Notes under the pieces: generated by a model
Told to the model about the DNA's origin: nothing
Databases searched by the model: none
The model's input: only the letters and a program-made list of their open reading frames with translations
Part shown: one piece after another, positions 1 to 10,528 of the stretch
How positions within the stretch are numbered: position 1 is the first letter of the stretch
Layout: each line of letters begins with the position of its first letter
Made by a program: the position numbers and the translations under genes
Source of the DNA: Azolla caroliniana
Taxonomy: Eukaryota; Plantae; Polypodiophyta
Direction: 5' to 3'
DNA length: 64,000 nucleotides
Assembly (NCBI GenBank): GCA_043228905.1
Contig: JBHGNT010000003.1
Coordinates: 3,596,001-3,660,000, forward strand

Positions 1-284
1 GCACCGTTTTGTACTACAAACCGGAACCTATTTAAAGGCCCGGATACAATGTAATGAGGAGCGGATAATTAATGAAGCTTCGTGTTTTTATCTCTGTGTG
101 TTAATTGCCGTTTTGCATTCATTGTTATATCTTACGCGTGTGATTATTAAGGACGATCTTGCTAAGTGACCTAATTAAGTCGGATTAATCGTTGAGCCTA
201 ATCCTCTTGCCATAAGACCCCTTTGGTGAAGTGTCTTCCGTAGACACCCTGTGTTAGGCCATTGTCCGGCCCTAAGAGTTAACA
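1..284 (+). mobile_element. 3' part of an LTR that interrupts a copia RT
   Basis: Non-coding, TATA-like TATTTAAA near 29, ends ...GAGTTAACA. From 285 the sequence reads (A)WHSKITQYLHRIGF*MSKSDNSLY, i.e. mid copia RT just after the LKQAPR motif. Confidence 0.55.
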
Positions 285-1330
285 CTTGGCACTCGAAGAT
301 AACACAATATCTTCATCGAATCGGTTTCTGAATGTCAAAATCCGACAATTCTCTATATGTAAGAAGCGATTCCAAAAGTCTGATTGTCATCATCCTATAT
401 GTGGATGATCTGGTCATTGGAGGTAAGCATCTAGTCGACATTAACAAGGTCAAGTCCCTCTTCTCCAGCAAATTCGAGATGACGGACATGAAAGAGCTCC
501 ACTACTTCCTTGGTATCGAGGTAATTCGGACTCTAGCCGGGATTATGATCTCCCAACGGCAGTACATTCTCAACTTGTTATACAAGTTTGGGATGACTGA
601 GTGCAAGTCTGTGGCAACACCTCTTGACCGAAACCTCAAACTAGATGCCAATTCTGGCACCACAGAGTGTGAGCCAACTCCATATCGACAACTGATTGGT
701 AGTCTTATCTACTTCATGATCACTCGACCAGACCTGAGCTATCTGGTCGGCCTTCTTAGCTAGTTCATGCAAACGCCACGAGATATCCATTTGGATTGTG
801 CTAAGACAATGCTATGATACGTGAGGGGGATGATGGACTATGGCATTCTCTATAAGTCGGCCACACCAATTCAACTCGAGGGGTACATAGATGCCGACTG
901 GGCAGGCTACAAAGCCGACCGATGATCAACCTTTGGTTTCGTCTTCTCCCTTGGAAGTGGAGCCATCTCCTAGAGTAGAAAGAAGCAACCAACTGTCGCT
1001 CTTTCAGCACAGAGGCCGAATACAGGGGCTCGACGGTGGCTGCATGTGAAGCCGTATGGCTCAAGAAGATATTAAAAAGGATCTGGGCATTCCCATCAAA
1101 GATCCGATTCTCCTTTACTGCGATAACATGAACAATATTTATCTGGCTCAGAACCCGGTGTTCCATGCACGCACGAAGCATATCGAAGTGCACTATCACT
1201 TCATTCGAGAGTGTGTTCAAGCTAGCGATGTCGACCTTCAACATATCACTACGAATATTCAGACAGCCGACATCTTCACCAAAGCTTCAACAATTCCTGT
1301 CAGACCTTGGATTGACGGTCCTTGACTTGC
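285..1330 (+). pseudogene. Ty1/copia pol remnant (RT C-terminal half and RNase H) with stops and frameshifts
   Basis: LYVDDLV, ELHYFLGIEV, YRQLIGSL, TRPDLSY, DADWAG, CDN..., HARTKHIEVHYHFIRE, ADIFTK; several in-frame stops. Confidence 0.93.
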
Positions 1331-1421
1331 CAAGCTTGAGGGGGAGTACAAGTGAAAACCGGATACCGTCCGAAGCGGACATCAACCGAAGTAGCCGACC
1401 ACAGTTGAGCTTGAGGGGGCG

Positions 1422-1679
1422 TGTAGAGAATCAAGCTCAACCTAGTCTAGTGTGTGAACACACCCTTGAGAGTGTGCACTCAAAGGTCAAAAGTCACCAC
1501 TCTTATCTACACATTAACTATGTGTCATAGAATCATATTCTATGACACATAACTAATGAGTTTTCACTAATGAGAGAGTGACTATATAAAGCACTCTCCT
1601 CCTACTTTGTAATTAGGTTGATTAATCTCCTTTGTAATATACATCTTCTTGAGTATTCTATTGTCTCTTTAATCTATCT
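1422..1679 (+). repeat. Copia 3' LTR, left part (probably continues at 13599 to about 13623-13631 after the LINE)
   Basis: PPT TTGAGGGGGCG at 1411-1421, then TGTAGAGAATCAAGCTCAAC, similar to the LTR start at 43614. TATATAAA near 1583. Right boundary is inferred. Confidence 0.7.
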
Positions 1680-1899
1680 TTTAGCTCGTTGGAAAGCTCT
1701 TTGAGAGAGCTTTCTAAAGAATGTTCATTTACTGAATTCCGTTACCGTGGCGAGAAGTTATGAGCATTTTCATCCGCAGCCATCTTTGCCCCACGGTTCC
1801 TCAAACGGAAGGTAGATTTTGAAGCCCTAAATCGAGTGAAAGGTACATTCTCTCTCCTTCCCTCTTTGTCTCTCTTTTCCCGTACGGTTTATCCCTACA

Positions 1900-2769
1900 A
1901 TGGCAAATACTCGTAAAACCGCCGCAAAGTTTGGGGGTATGATTGATAATGAGCCGAGATCACCAACAAATCTTGATTCTAATGCAATGGACAAAATGCT
2001 TATGAGTCACTTAATTTCTCTTCAAGAAACCATAAACAAGCAAGGTGAAGAGATTAGGATGTTAATGAAAGAGAATACTAAGCTCCAAAGTGTTGTCATT
2101 GAGAATGAAAGTCTTAAACAAGTGGTTGCAAAACTTCAAGAAGAGATTCAAGAATGTAAAAGAGCTTCATTTGAAACAAATGAGCGCCTTAACAAGATTG
2201 AGTTAAAGGAAGCATTAAAAGAAGAAAAATTGGATACGATGAGGCGGGATGTAAGTGAGATGAAAAATGTATGTACAACGAAGTCATGGGCCGATGTATG
2301 TGGTGGGGATGTGTTATCAAACTCATCTAATATGCATGTGATGCATCAAGAGAAGAATATAGAAAGCATAGATGTCCGAGAATTGAAAGAACGCGAACGA
2401 CGATCAAAGAACATTGTCGTCCGTGGGATTAAAGAAGAGAGTATGGAAACACCCGCATCCCTTGGAAAGGCCATTGGTGAATTTTTTAGCATGCATTATG
2501 GGATGTCAGATGTGAATGTATATGGGGCACACCGAGTTGGGAAACATGGTGTTACTCGCTCCGGAGAAAGGCCTATTGTATGCACAATGACAGATGATAC
2601 AAAGCGGCGGATCATACTCGAAAATAGTTGGGTATACCTCAAAGGTACACAATGCTTTGTGAGTGAAGATCGTACTATCTCACAACAAAATGCTCGTCGT
2701 AAAGCATATGAAGAAAGATTGAAAAACAAGGTTAAGGATGTGCCTAAAGATGGAAATGTAGGCAAATAG
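1900..2769 (+). CDS. LINE ORF1 protein (coiled coil plus RRM-like domain)
   Basis: 289 aa; heptad-rich N-terminal half; RSKNIVVRGIKE...AHRVGK...RPIVC...FVSEDRT typical of LINE ORF1; directly upstream of APE-RT. Confidence 0.85.
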   Translation: MANTRKTAAKFGGMIDNEPRSPTNLDSNAMDKMLMSHLISLQETINKQGEEIRMLMKENTKLQSVVIENESLKQVVAKLQEEIQECKRASFETNERLNKIELKEALKEEKLDTMRRDVSEMKNVCTTKSWADVCGGDVLSNSSNMHVMHQEKNIESIDVRELKERERRSKNIVVRGIKEESMETPASLGKAIGEFFSMHYGMSDVNVYGAHRVGKHGVTRSGERPIVCTMTDDTKRRIILENSWVYLKGTQCFVSEDRTISQQNARRKAYEERLKNKVKDVPKDGNVGK

Positions 2770-2775
2770 GGACAC

Positions 2776-5700
2776 GTGATCTATGAGACTAACCCACGCC
2801 TTTTACGACTATGCTTTTGGAATTGCAATGGATACCCATGGAATGCGGGATTTGGCATAGAGGAGTTCACCAATGACTCGGATATCACACTTCTTGTTGA
2901 AACATGGGAGCATGATACTCAAAGGATTCAAGGTTTAGGAAACTATAATGTACACTCTTTGATATGGAAGAAAAATCCAAGACAAAGAAGAGGACAAGGA
3001 GGGGTGGCATGTTTGATTAAGAAGGAAATAGAGAAATATGTGTCAATCATAAAAAATGATGAAAATAAATGCTACATATGGCTCAAAATAGAAACACCTA
3101 ATGATTTGCCCACTTTTGTTGTTGGATGTTACATTCCTCATCAAGATTCTAACTTTTATGCTTGTTTGGATAAAGATCAACCGTTTGCCAATCTAGAAGA
3201 TGATATTGCTTATTTCAAATCCAAAGGGGAAGTTATTGTCTTTGGTGACATGAATGCTCGTACAAGAAGTTTCCAACTTGATTCACAAGAATCTTTCATG
3301 CCACATATCTCAAGGATGCAAGAGGATATGCAAATGTATAACCGCTCTTCTAGCGATGAAAAAGATCCGGACCAATTTGGGAAGTTACTCCTACAAATGT
3401 GCAATAGTACCGGATTGCTTATTGCAAATGGTATTTCCTTATGGCCCAACACTAATGGTTTTACATGTAGAAAATACAACGGAAATAGTGTGATTGATTA
3501 TGTGCTACTTTCCGAAGGTATTTTGGATCGTATACATAAATTCTCACTTGGTGAATGGACACTGGAATCAGATCATAGGCCTTTATGTATTGATCTCAAA
3601 TGTATGCATAGGTTTGATTGTGAGAAGGCTATTGAAGATAATAAACAACCGCACTTGAGCATGAACCTTAAGCGAGCACCCATGTATTCCAAGATGGTTG
3701 AGGATATGTTACAAATGACAAAGATACAACATGGTGCCACACTAGAATGCAAATGGGAAGCTTTCAAGAAAGTCATTCTCTCATGTACAAACAAATGTTT
3801 TTCGACCAACCGCACATCTTGGAAATGCACCAAGAAACTTAGGAAAAAATGGTTTGATAAAGAATGTCGTGAAGCTCGAAAGTGCCTTATGGTTTTGGAT
3901 GTAGTTAAGGATAAAGAGAATTACCAAAAGCATTTGCATGAGTATAAAAGGCTTATTCAAAGAAAGAGAAGAATATGGGAAGTTACTCAACAATTTATCC
4001 AAACGCAAGAGAAAGCACATGCATGTGCTAAATTTTGGGGAAATCTAAAGGGAAAACGTGTTGAGAGTTATGGTGACTTAACTCTTCACGACTTGTCTAT
4101 GCATTGTAAGAATTTATATGAGTTATCTCTTGCCGGAAAGATGATGTGTTATGGTTCTCTTTCACATATGCCTTCCTTCTTTACAATTGAAGATATATGC
4201 ATAGGACTTAAGAAATTGGCCTCTCGAAAGGCAAGCGATCTTCAATGTATAAAGGCTGAAATGCTCAAATGGACGGGAAAGGAAGCACATATATGGATAA
4301 GCGATATGTTTAATGATGCATTGCAACATGGTATGCCGTACGATTGGACTACAAATTGGATCAAACCTTTACATAAAGGTGGAGATATAAATAATGTAAA
4401 CAACTATCGAACCATCATGGTTGGCTCATTAATGGCAAAACTATTTGGATGTATAATGGAATCAAAGATAAGTGTATGGGCTGAAAAAAGTGGTAAGAGA
4501 GCTTATGGACAAGCTGGCTTTCGGAAACACCATAGCACCATTGATCACCTTATCACCCTTCGAGTATTAATGGAGGAAAGTCGCCTTAGAGGTAAAGGTT
4601 TATATTGTTGCTTTGTAGACTTCAAGAAAGCTTTTGATATGGTACCTCGTGAGCATCTTTGGAGGCGAATGGAAGAACTTGAGGTGCCAAGTGAATATAT
4701 GCTTGCAATTTCCCGAATTTATGAGAAGGTTATATGTTGTGTGCGCATGAAAGATAAACTTTCAGATTTTTTCAAAAGCACTATTGGTGTTAAGCAAGGA
4801 TGCCCACTCTCACCAACACTATTTGGTCTATGCATTGATGAATTGGAAGAAATGGTTACCAAGTTTGCAAAGGAAGAATGCGTTGAAGAAGTTGCCATTG
4901 GGAATGTTGTGATTATGCTTTTGCTATATGCAGATGACGTAGTGCTTTTTGCAAATATTTTAGGAGATGCACAAAAGCTTATGAAGGCTTTGGAAAATTT
5001 TTGCATGCATACTAAATTAAGTGTCAATAGCTCTAAAACAAAGATTATGCGTGTGAAGAGCCAAAAAAGAGATAAACCATGCATTATGTACAACAATGAG
5101 CCACTTGAATGTGTGGAAAGCTTCAAATATCTTGGCCTTGAAGTTCCTTCAAATCATAGATGGAATGAATGTGCTACACGCCGCTTAGAGGCGGGCAAAC
5201 GAGCATACTATGCATTTGAGAACACATGCAATCTTGGAGATATTAAGTGTTGGGTCCTCAAGAAATATCTTTTTGACACTTTGGTGACACCAGTTCTTCT
5301 CTATGGGGTGGAAGTATGGGGCGGTAGCATCCCTAAGTCTATGTGGAAAGAGTTTGAAAATGTCCAAAAGCATTTTCTTACCAAGTTTCTACAAGTTAAG
5401 AAACAAACGCCCTACACCCTCCTCCTCCTTGAGACGGGATCGCTTCCCATTGAGATCATGGCCATGGAAAGGGTTGTTGAATACATGCTTAAGGTTCAAA
5501 AAAGTCCCTCACATCGACTTCCTAGAATTGCGTGGGAAGCAAGCAAAAAGATCCAAAAGACGCATAAAAGCAAAATTTTGTGTTCCGGTTGGATGCAAGA
5601 TATAGAAAAATGGTTTGGTAGATGGGATGCGAGACACTTGCTTCATGATGCATCATTAGATTCCTCTGTAAATGAGGCATTTTTGCAACGCCAATGTATC

Positions 5701-6141
5701 ATGACATGGGACAAATGTGGAGGCTCACGCTTCACACATTATACTACACATGTTGCACCTAACTACAAAACCATATTCTTTGCGGAACGGGGAAATCGTA
5801 CACATCCATACATGTTAGAGCCCATACTGTTATCTGCCATTCGAACCATTGCTTCCATGCGACTTAGCTCACATGCATTGCGATGTGAAACAGGGCGTTG
5901 GGGTACAAGTGATGAGAGTGGTCGGCTATGCACACTTTGCCCTAAACAAGTTCGCGAGTCTGAGTATCACACTTTGATACAATGCTCTGCCTTTGATCAT
6001 ATTCGACCATGCTTTCCACATCTCTTCGATCGAGCCCAATCTTTGCATGAATTCCTCTCACAACCACAATGTGCACTCTCGATTGCAACATTCATTGGTA
6101 AAGTTCTTGAACATCGAGAGTCACTACTCACTTTCACACGT
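2776..6141 (+). CDS. LINE ORF2 (AP endonuclease, reverse transcriptase, C-terminal Cys/His motif); native last codons ATC ACG TGA displaced to 13511-13519
   Basis: WNCNG, VETW, GDMNAR, IDY, SDH (APE); QAGFR, FVDFKKAFD, GVKQGCPLSPTLF, LYADD, KYLG (RT); ETGRW...CTLC...H...C. Open frame, GTG start. Confidence 0.93.
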
Positions 6142-6959
6142 TGTCGGGTTGCTACGCCCTTGCGTGTAGAAAGGAGGAGGGACCACGGGGGTCTTGAACC
6201 GAAGAGCAAGAGAGAGAGAGGTAAGAGAGAGAGACCCCGATTACACAGAACCGAAGATCCGATTGCGCAGAACCGACGATTGCACAGGGACACGGCCCAA
6301 CAACAGAGATCACAAATAGACGCCGACGCAGATGGACGCAACAACGAAAGATATGTACTTACGAATGCAAGAAAGTAACAGACTAAAGTATTACAACCCA
6401 CAGTGGGGCACGAAATAGATACTAACGAAAACGAACAGGGCGGCGAACAGATGCCGACCCCCTGTATGTCTTGACGCACAGAAAGGGAAACAGGCCGGAG
6501 GTGCTGCAGGACGCACTCGGGGCGTTCCACGGAACAACGCAAGCCTCCTCGAAACCCGCACAGGTACGCGATGGAGCAGAAGACAGAGAAAGCAGGAGTG
6601 AGAGAGAAGCTCCGAAATCGGTTCGACAGCACTTCGTCCTCTCCGCGCGAGATCCCTGCAACAGCTCTTCCCTGCTCCTTATATAGGCCGTCATGTCAGC
6701 TTTATTCCCTGTCCCTTTTGGACAGGGATCCGCTCCGTTCTTCACGCACCCGCGCAGTTACGCCGCCGATTCGTACAGTTCGCGCGCGTGACCGAAAAGA
6801 CTGTTCGCGCGGTCTTTGTCTTTACTCGTGTTAGGGCCCGTTCCCGCCGATTATCCTCCTAATTCGATTCTATGTGCAACTTGGAGCGTGCGCGTGTGAA
6901 GAACCGGTTCCCACGCCTTGGTGCGCCGATTCCGCTTATGGACGGTTTTCTTCACGACA
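6142..6959 (-). repeat. Gypsy-1 3' LTR (818 bp)
   Basis: Direct repeat of 12689-13506 with one visible mismatch; TGTCG...CGACA termini. Confidence 0.96.
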
Positions 6960-6976
6960 TCCGCCCCCACCTAACC
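6960..6976 (-). promoter_or_regulatory. Polypurine tract of gypsy-1
   Basis: Minus strand GGTTAGGTGGGGGCGGA abuts the 3' LTR; the same tract precedes 39333. Confidence 0.8.
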
Positions 6977-7030
6977 GCGCATCCTCCGGCATGCGCCAAG
7001 AGAGTTGGGACGGAGAAAACCGGCCCGTCT

Positions 7031-10000
7031 TCATTCCTCGCCCGTCGGTTCTTCCTCGTTTTCGGATCGTTCGTCGCTGCCGACCAGGAGAATCGGGTCG
7101 GGTTCGTCGTCGTGCCGCTTCTTGAAAGCTTTGATCCTCTTCCCGGCCACGGGTATCGCTATTCTCGTACCGTCGAGTTCCGCCAGATGATACGTCCCGT
7201 TGTCGTTGGCGCCCTGTACCGTGTACGGCCCGAACCATCTCCGTGCGAACTTCCGCGTTGCTCGGTGCTGGTTGTCGAGGCTGCTGTCGTAGACGAGCAC
7301 CCAGTCGCCTTCTTCGATCTTCTTCGGTCGGAGTCGGTGCGTTCGGTCGAACCTGGCTTTGTTCTTTATCCTCGCCACTCGGATCTTTTCTGCAGCCGTC
7401 TCCACGTCCTCCGGTCTCCGTTCGAGTTGTCGTATACGCGCCGCCAACAACTCCTCCCGGCTCATCTCGTCCCTCCAGTCGACCGTTGCCCATGAGGAGA
7501 TTGTTCGTTCCATCGGCATGACCGGCTTCTGGCCGAACATGAGCTCTGTCGGCATGTACCCGGTTACCGAACTGTGCGTAGTCCGGTCGGCCCACAAAGC
7601 ATAAGGTAGAAGTCGCGGCCAGTTACCGACTTGGCCTCCGCATGCCCGAACCAGCGCCTTAACGATCGGCCCGTGCCCGCGCTCCACCTTTCCATTCGCC
7701 TCCGGGTTGTACGCAGTGGTGAGCGAGAGTTTGACTCCCAGCCGATCGAACAGCTCCGCGGCTTCCTCGGCGTCCAACTCCCCTCGGTCAGCCACGATCT
7801 TCCCGACGCACCCGTACCGGCATATCACGTCCTCGATCAGGAACCGACACACGGCCGCGGTCGTCTTGTTCTGGAGGGCTCGGCCTTCCACCTGGTTCGT
7901 CAGGTCTTCCCGCGCTAGCACCAGATACCGCATCTGTCCTACCCCCATCGGCATCGTCACCAGATCTACCATCCATTTGAAGTGGATAGTCGGAGGGTAC
8001 GTAGGGTGAAGCCCGTCCCGGTGTCGGACTATCGAGTGCATCTGACAACTCTCGCAAGTTGACACGAACCGATGCACGTCCCGGTACAATCCCGGCCACC
8101 AGTACTTCCCCTTCAGCTTCTCAAACGTCGCCCACGTTCCACGGTGTCCACCCCAAGGGCTGTCGTGGTAGGCCGCCAGTAGCTCCTCCTGTTCTTCCTT
8201 CATCGCCACCACCCGGAGCGGGACGCCGTTCCTCTTCTTCGGGTGCCTCCACAAATGCCCATCTCGGAGAAAGAATCGATATGCTTTCTTCCGGATCCGG
8301 TTGGCCTCGTCCTTCGTCCATGACGCATCGGGCGTCATTGTCTTCAAAAACCCGCCGATCTGCAGCCACTCCCCGTCGTACTTGCTCGCGTCGAACTCGT
8401 TAAGCGCCGGAGTGCTCATCCCGTCGGTCGTTATGTATGCCGCCTCGAAGAAATCCACGCCGACTTCTTCGTCTTCCGAAACCATGCCGCCCTCGTCGTC
8501 AAACCTCGCCCTCGAAAGCATGTCGGCCATGGCGTTGTCTTTCCCGGAAATGTGTCGTATTTCCGGGTTCAGGGACTTGATGTACGCTATCCACCTGAGC
8601 ATCGCCAGGTCCGGAGTCGCGCATCCGGAAACCATACCGAGAATCGGCAGGCAATCCGTCTCGATGATCACTTCTGTCCCTATCAGGTAGTCTTTGTCGA
8701 CCTTAACCGCCGAAACAATACCCCAGAGTTCGCGTTTAACCTGGGCGTATCCTCGTTGCCGTTTACTGAGGACTTTCGCGCCGAATCGGATCGGAAACCG
8801 ATTGCCGTCCTCGTCTTCCTGGTTCACGACCCATCCGATCCCGGTCGGACTGGTATCCACCGTTATGAATACCGGGGTACCCTTCCCGTATACCGCCTTC
8901 CGGAGTGCCGGTGCCGCTGCAAGGGCTTCTTTCAGCTTCCGGACCGATTCCGCGTGCTCGTCTAGCCATTCGAACCTTCGCCCCTTTTTCAGCAACCCGT
9001 ACAGTGGCTCCGCGAGGTGTGCGTAATGCGGGATCCATATGTGGTAGAACGCGCATGCCCCTAGGAATCTCCGTACTTCCGTGACCGAGCTGCAGTCGGG
9101 CTTCATCGCGGAGATGGCTTCTACCTTTGCCGGAGACGGTTTCCGGCCATATGGTCCGCACAGGTGTCCGACCACCATGATTTCTGACTGCCCGAAGGCC
9201 GACTTCTCCCCGGAGAAGGTGAGTCTCGCATCCTCTAGCCTTTGCAGCACCTTCTCGCAGTCGTCGATGTGCGTCGCCACGAATCGCCGGCATCCGTCCG
9301 GCCCGATCGTCTCGTCCTTTTCTTCCACCGGGCATCCCTTGATCGGGATGTCGTCCAGAAACGGCATGGTGATGTCCGGGATACAGTCCCTCAGAACCTT
9401 GTTCATCGCATTCACCATGTGGGCCACCGAGTTGGTCCCTCCTTGCGGCAGTGTACACATCCGAACTAGGCCGAGGGGAGTTCGCATCGTCGTAATGTCT
9501 CTGCTCTCCACGGCTAGCTGGAACTGGTCGTACCCTGAGTATAGATCCCCGACCGAGTAAATTGACCTTCCGGCGAAGGCCTCCGCGAACTCGTCTATGG
9601 TCGGTCCGATCCCTGCGTTCCGAATGGTCACTCGATTGACCGGCTGCAGGTCCTGGATGAAGCGCAACGAACCGTTTTTCTTCGGTACGGTAAACCATCG
9701 ATTCGAATATGGGGCGCTCGACGGCTCGAGAATCCCCATATCAACTTTCTGCCTCAACAGCTCCATCAACTTCGGGATGTGAGCTCTCGGCACCGGGATT
9801 GGCTTGAGATTCCATGGTACATGCGGTACCGTGAATATCACCATCGGCTCCACGATCGTCGGGTTAACGCACCCGATTTCCTCCGGCGAGAATGCGAAGG
9901 CTTTCCCGTGCCTTCCGAGCATCCTCCGAAACCGGTCTTCCTCCGCCGGCAGTAGGAACCCGCCCCCACCGATTTTGAGCTCTCGGAGCGTCTCGTCGGT

Positions 10001-10528
10001 GAAGGTGTGCCCTATGCAGGCCGGATCTCGTAGACTAGGGTCCGATGCAACCCCTTTGATTCTCGACGCGCTGTCCTCCGGTAAGGGTGCCGCGACTGGC
10101 CTTACCTTCCGGTCCACAGTCCTGTACTTGGTGCTTACGTGGGCCGTCCGAAGTGACTCGAGCCCTCGACCGAAGTCCGCGATGACTTCGTACATCTCCT
10201 CGGAACACACCGGTATCGTCCGGTCTTCCTTAAGGCCTTCTTCGACTACCTTTCCCAGCATTCCCAAGGTGTCGTCGAATGAGACCGCCTCCACGGCTCC
10301 GTTGATTTCCTCGTCCGGGCCGAGAACTCCGCACGCTCGAAGTCTCCCCTCCGCCTTTGTCTTCTCTCGGCCTCCGATGCCGACTATCGTACACGCTCCG
10401 CTGTCGGAGAACAAAAATTCCCTACCTATGGTACAAGGTTTCTTTGTTTTTATCGTACAGGTGTGGGGTTTTCCCGGGGTGTCCGGACTGTCGCGGCCCC
10501 ACGCCTTGACAGCCCTCTCTAAAAATCC
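7031..10528 (-). CDS. Gypsy Pol (RT, RNase H, integrase), reached by -1 frameshift
   Basis: LRFIQDLQPVN, DLYSGYDQ, LPQG, FLDD; VDTSPTGIG...RELWG...TDC...ADMLSR; HDSPWGGH...CESC, VDLV, ADRGE, NGKVERGH, GPY. The frame is open up to the slippery site. Confidence 0.95.
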   Translation of the reverse strand, partial: GFLERAVKAWGRDSPDTPGKPHTCTIKTKKPCTIGREFLFSDSGACTIVGIGGREKTKAEGRLRACGVLGPDEEINGAVEAVSFDDTLGMLGKVVEEGLKEDRTIPVCSEEMYEVIADFGRGLESLRTAHVSTKYRTVDRKVRPVAAPLPEDSASRIKGVASDPSLRDPACIGHTFTDETLRELKIGGGGFLLPAEEDRFRRMLGRHGKAFAFSPEEIGCVNPTIVEPMVIFTVPHVPWNLKPIPVPRAHIPKLMELLRQKVDMGILEPSSAPYSNRWFTVPKKNGSLRFIQDLQPVNRVTIRNAGIGPTIDEFAEAFAGRSIYSVGDLYSGYDQFQLAVESRDITTMRTPLGLVRMCTLPQGGTNSVAHMVNAMNKVLRDCIPDITMPFLDDIPIKGCPVEEKDETIGPDGCRRFVATHIDDCEKVLQRLEDARLTFSGEKSAFGQSEIMVVGHLCGPYGRKPSPAKVEAISAMKPDCSSVTEVRRFLGACAFYHIWIPHYAHLAEPLYGLLKKGRRFEWLDEHAESVRKLKEALAAAPALRKAVYGKGTPVFITVDTSPTGIGWVVNQEDEDGNRFPIRFGAKVLSKRQRGYAQVKRELWGIVSAVKVDKDYLIGTEVIIETDCLPILGMVSGCATPDLAMLRWIAYIKSLNPEIRHISGKDNAMADMLSRARFDDEGGMVSEDEEVGVDFFEAAYITTDGMSTPALNEFDASKYDGEWLQIGGFLKTMTPDASWTKDEANRIRKKAYRFFLRDGHLWRHPKKRNGVPLRVVAMKEEQEELLAAYHDSPWGGHRGTWATFEKLKGKYWWPGLYRDVHRFVSTCESCQMHSIVRHRDGLHPTYPPTIHFKWMVDLVTMPMGVGQMRYLVLAREDLTNQVEGRALQNKTTAAVCRFLIEDVICRYGCVGKIVADRGELDAEEAAELFDRLGVKLSLTTAYNPEANGKVERGHGPIVKALVRACGGQVGNWPRLLPYALWADRTTHSSVTGYMPTELMFGQKPVMPMERTISSWATVDWRDEMSREELLAARIRQLERRPEDVETAAEKIRVARIKNKARFDRTHRLRPKKIEEGDWVLVYDSSLDNQHRATRKFARRWFGPYTVQGANDNGTYHLAELDGTRIAIPVAGKRIKAFKKRHDDEPDPILLVGSDERSENEEEPTGEE
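10462..10528 (-). promoter_or_regulatory. Predicted -1 ribosomal frameshift signal (GGAUUUU, UAG, stem/pseudoknot)
   Basis: G GAT TTT TAG ends gag-pro and the -1 frame runs into Pol. Stem GGGCTGTC/GACAGTCC; loop GTGGGG can pair with downstream CCCCAC. Confidence 0.8.

Noticed and set aside
2776-6378. 1200-aa ORF as a native protein with a novel C-terminus
   Set aside because: The last 78 residues are read-through into the inserted LTR; the same peptide recurs at 12689-12925.
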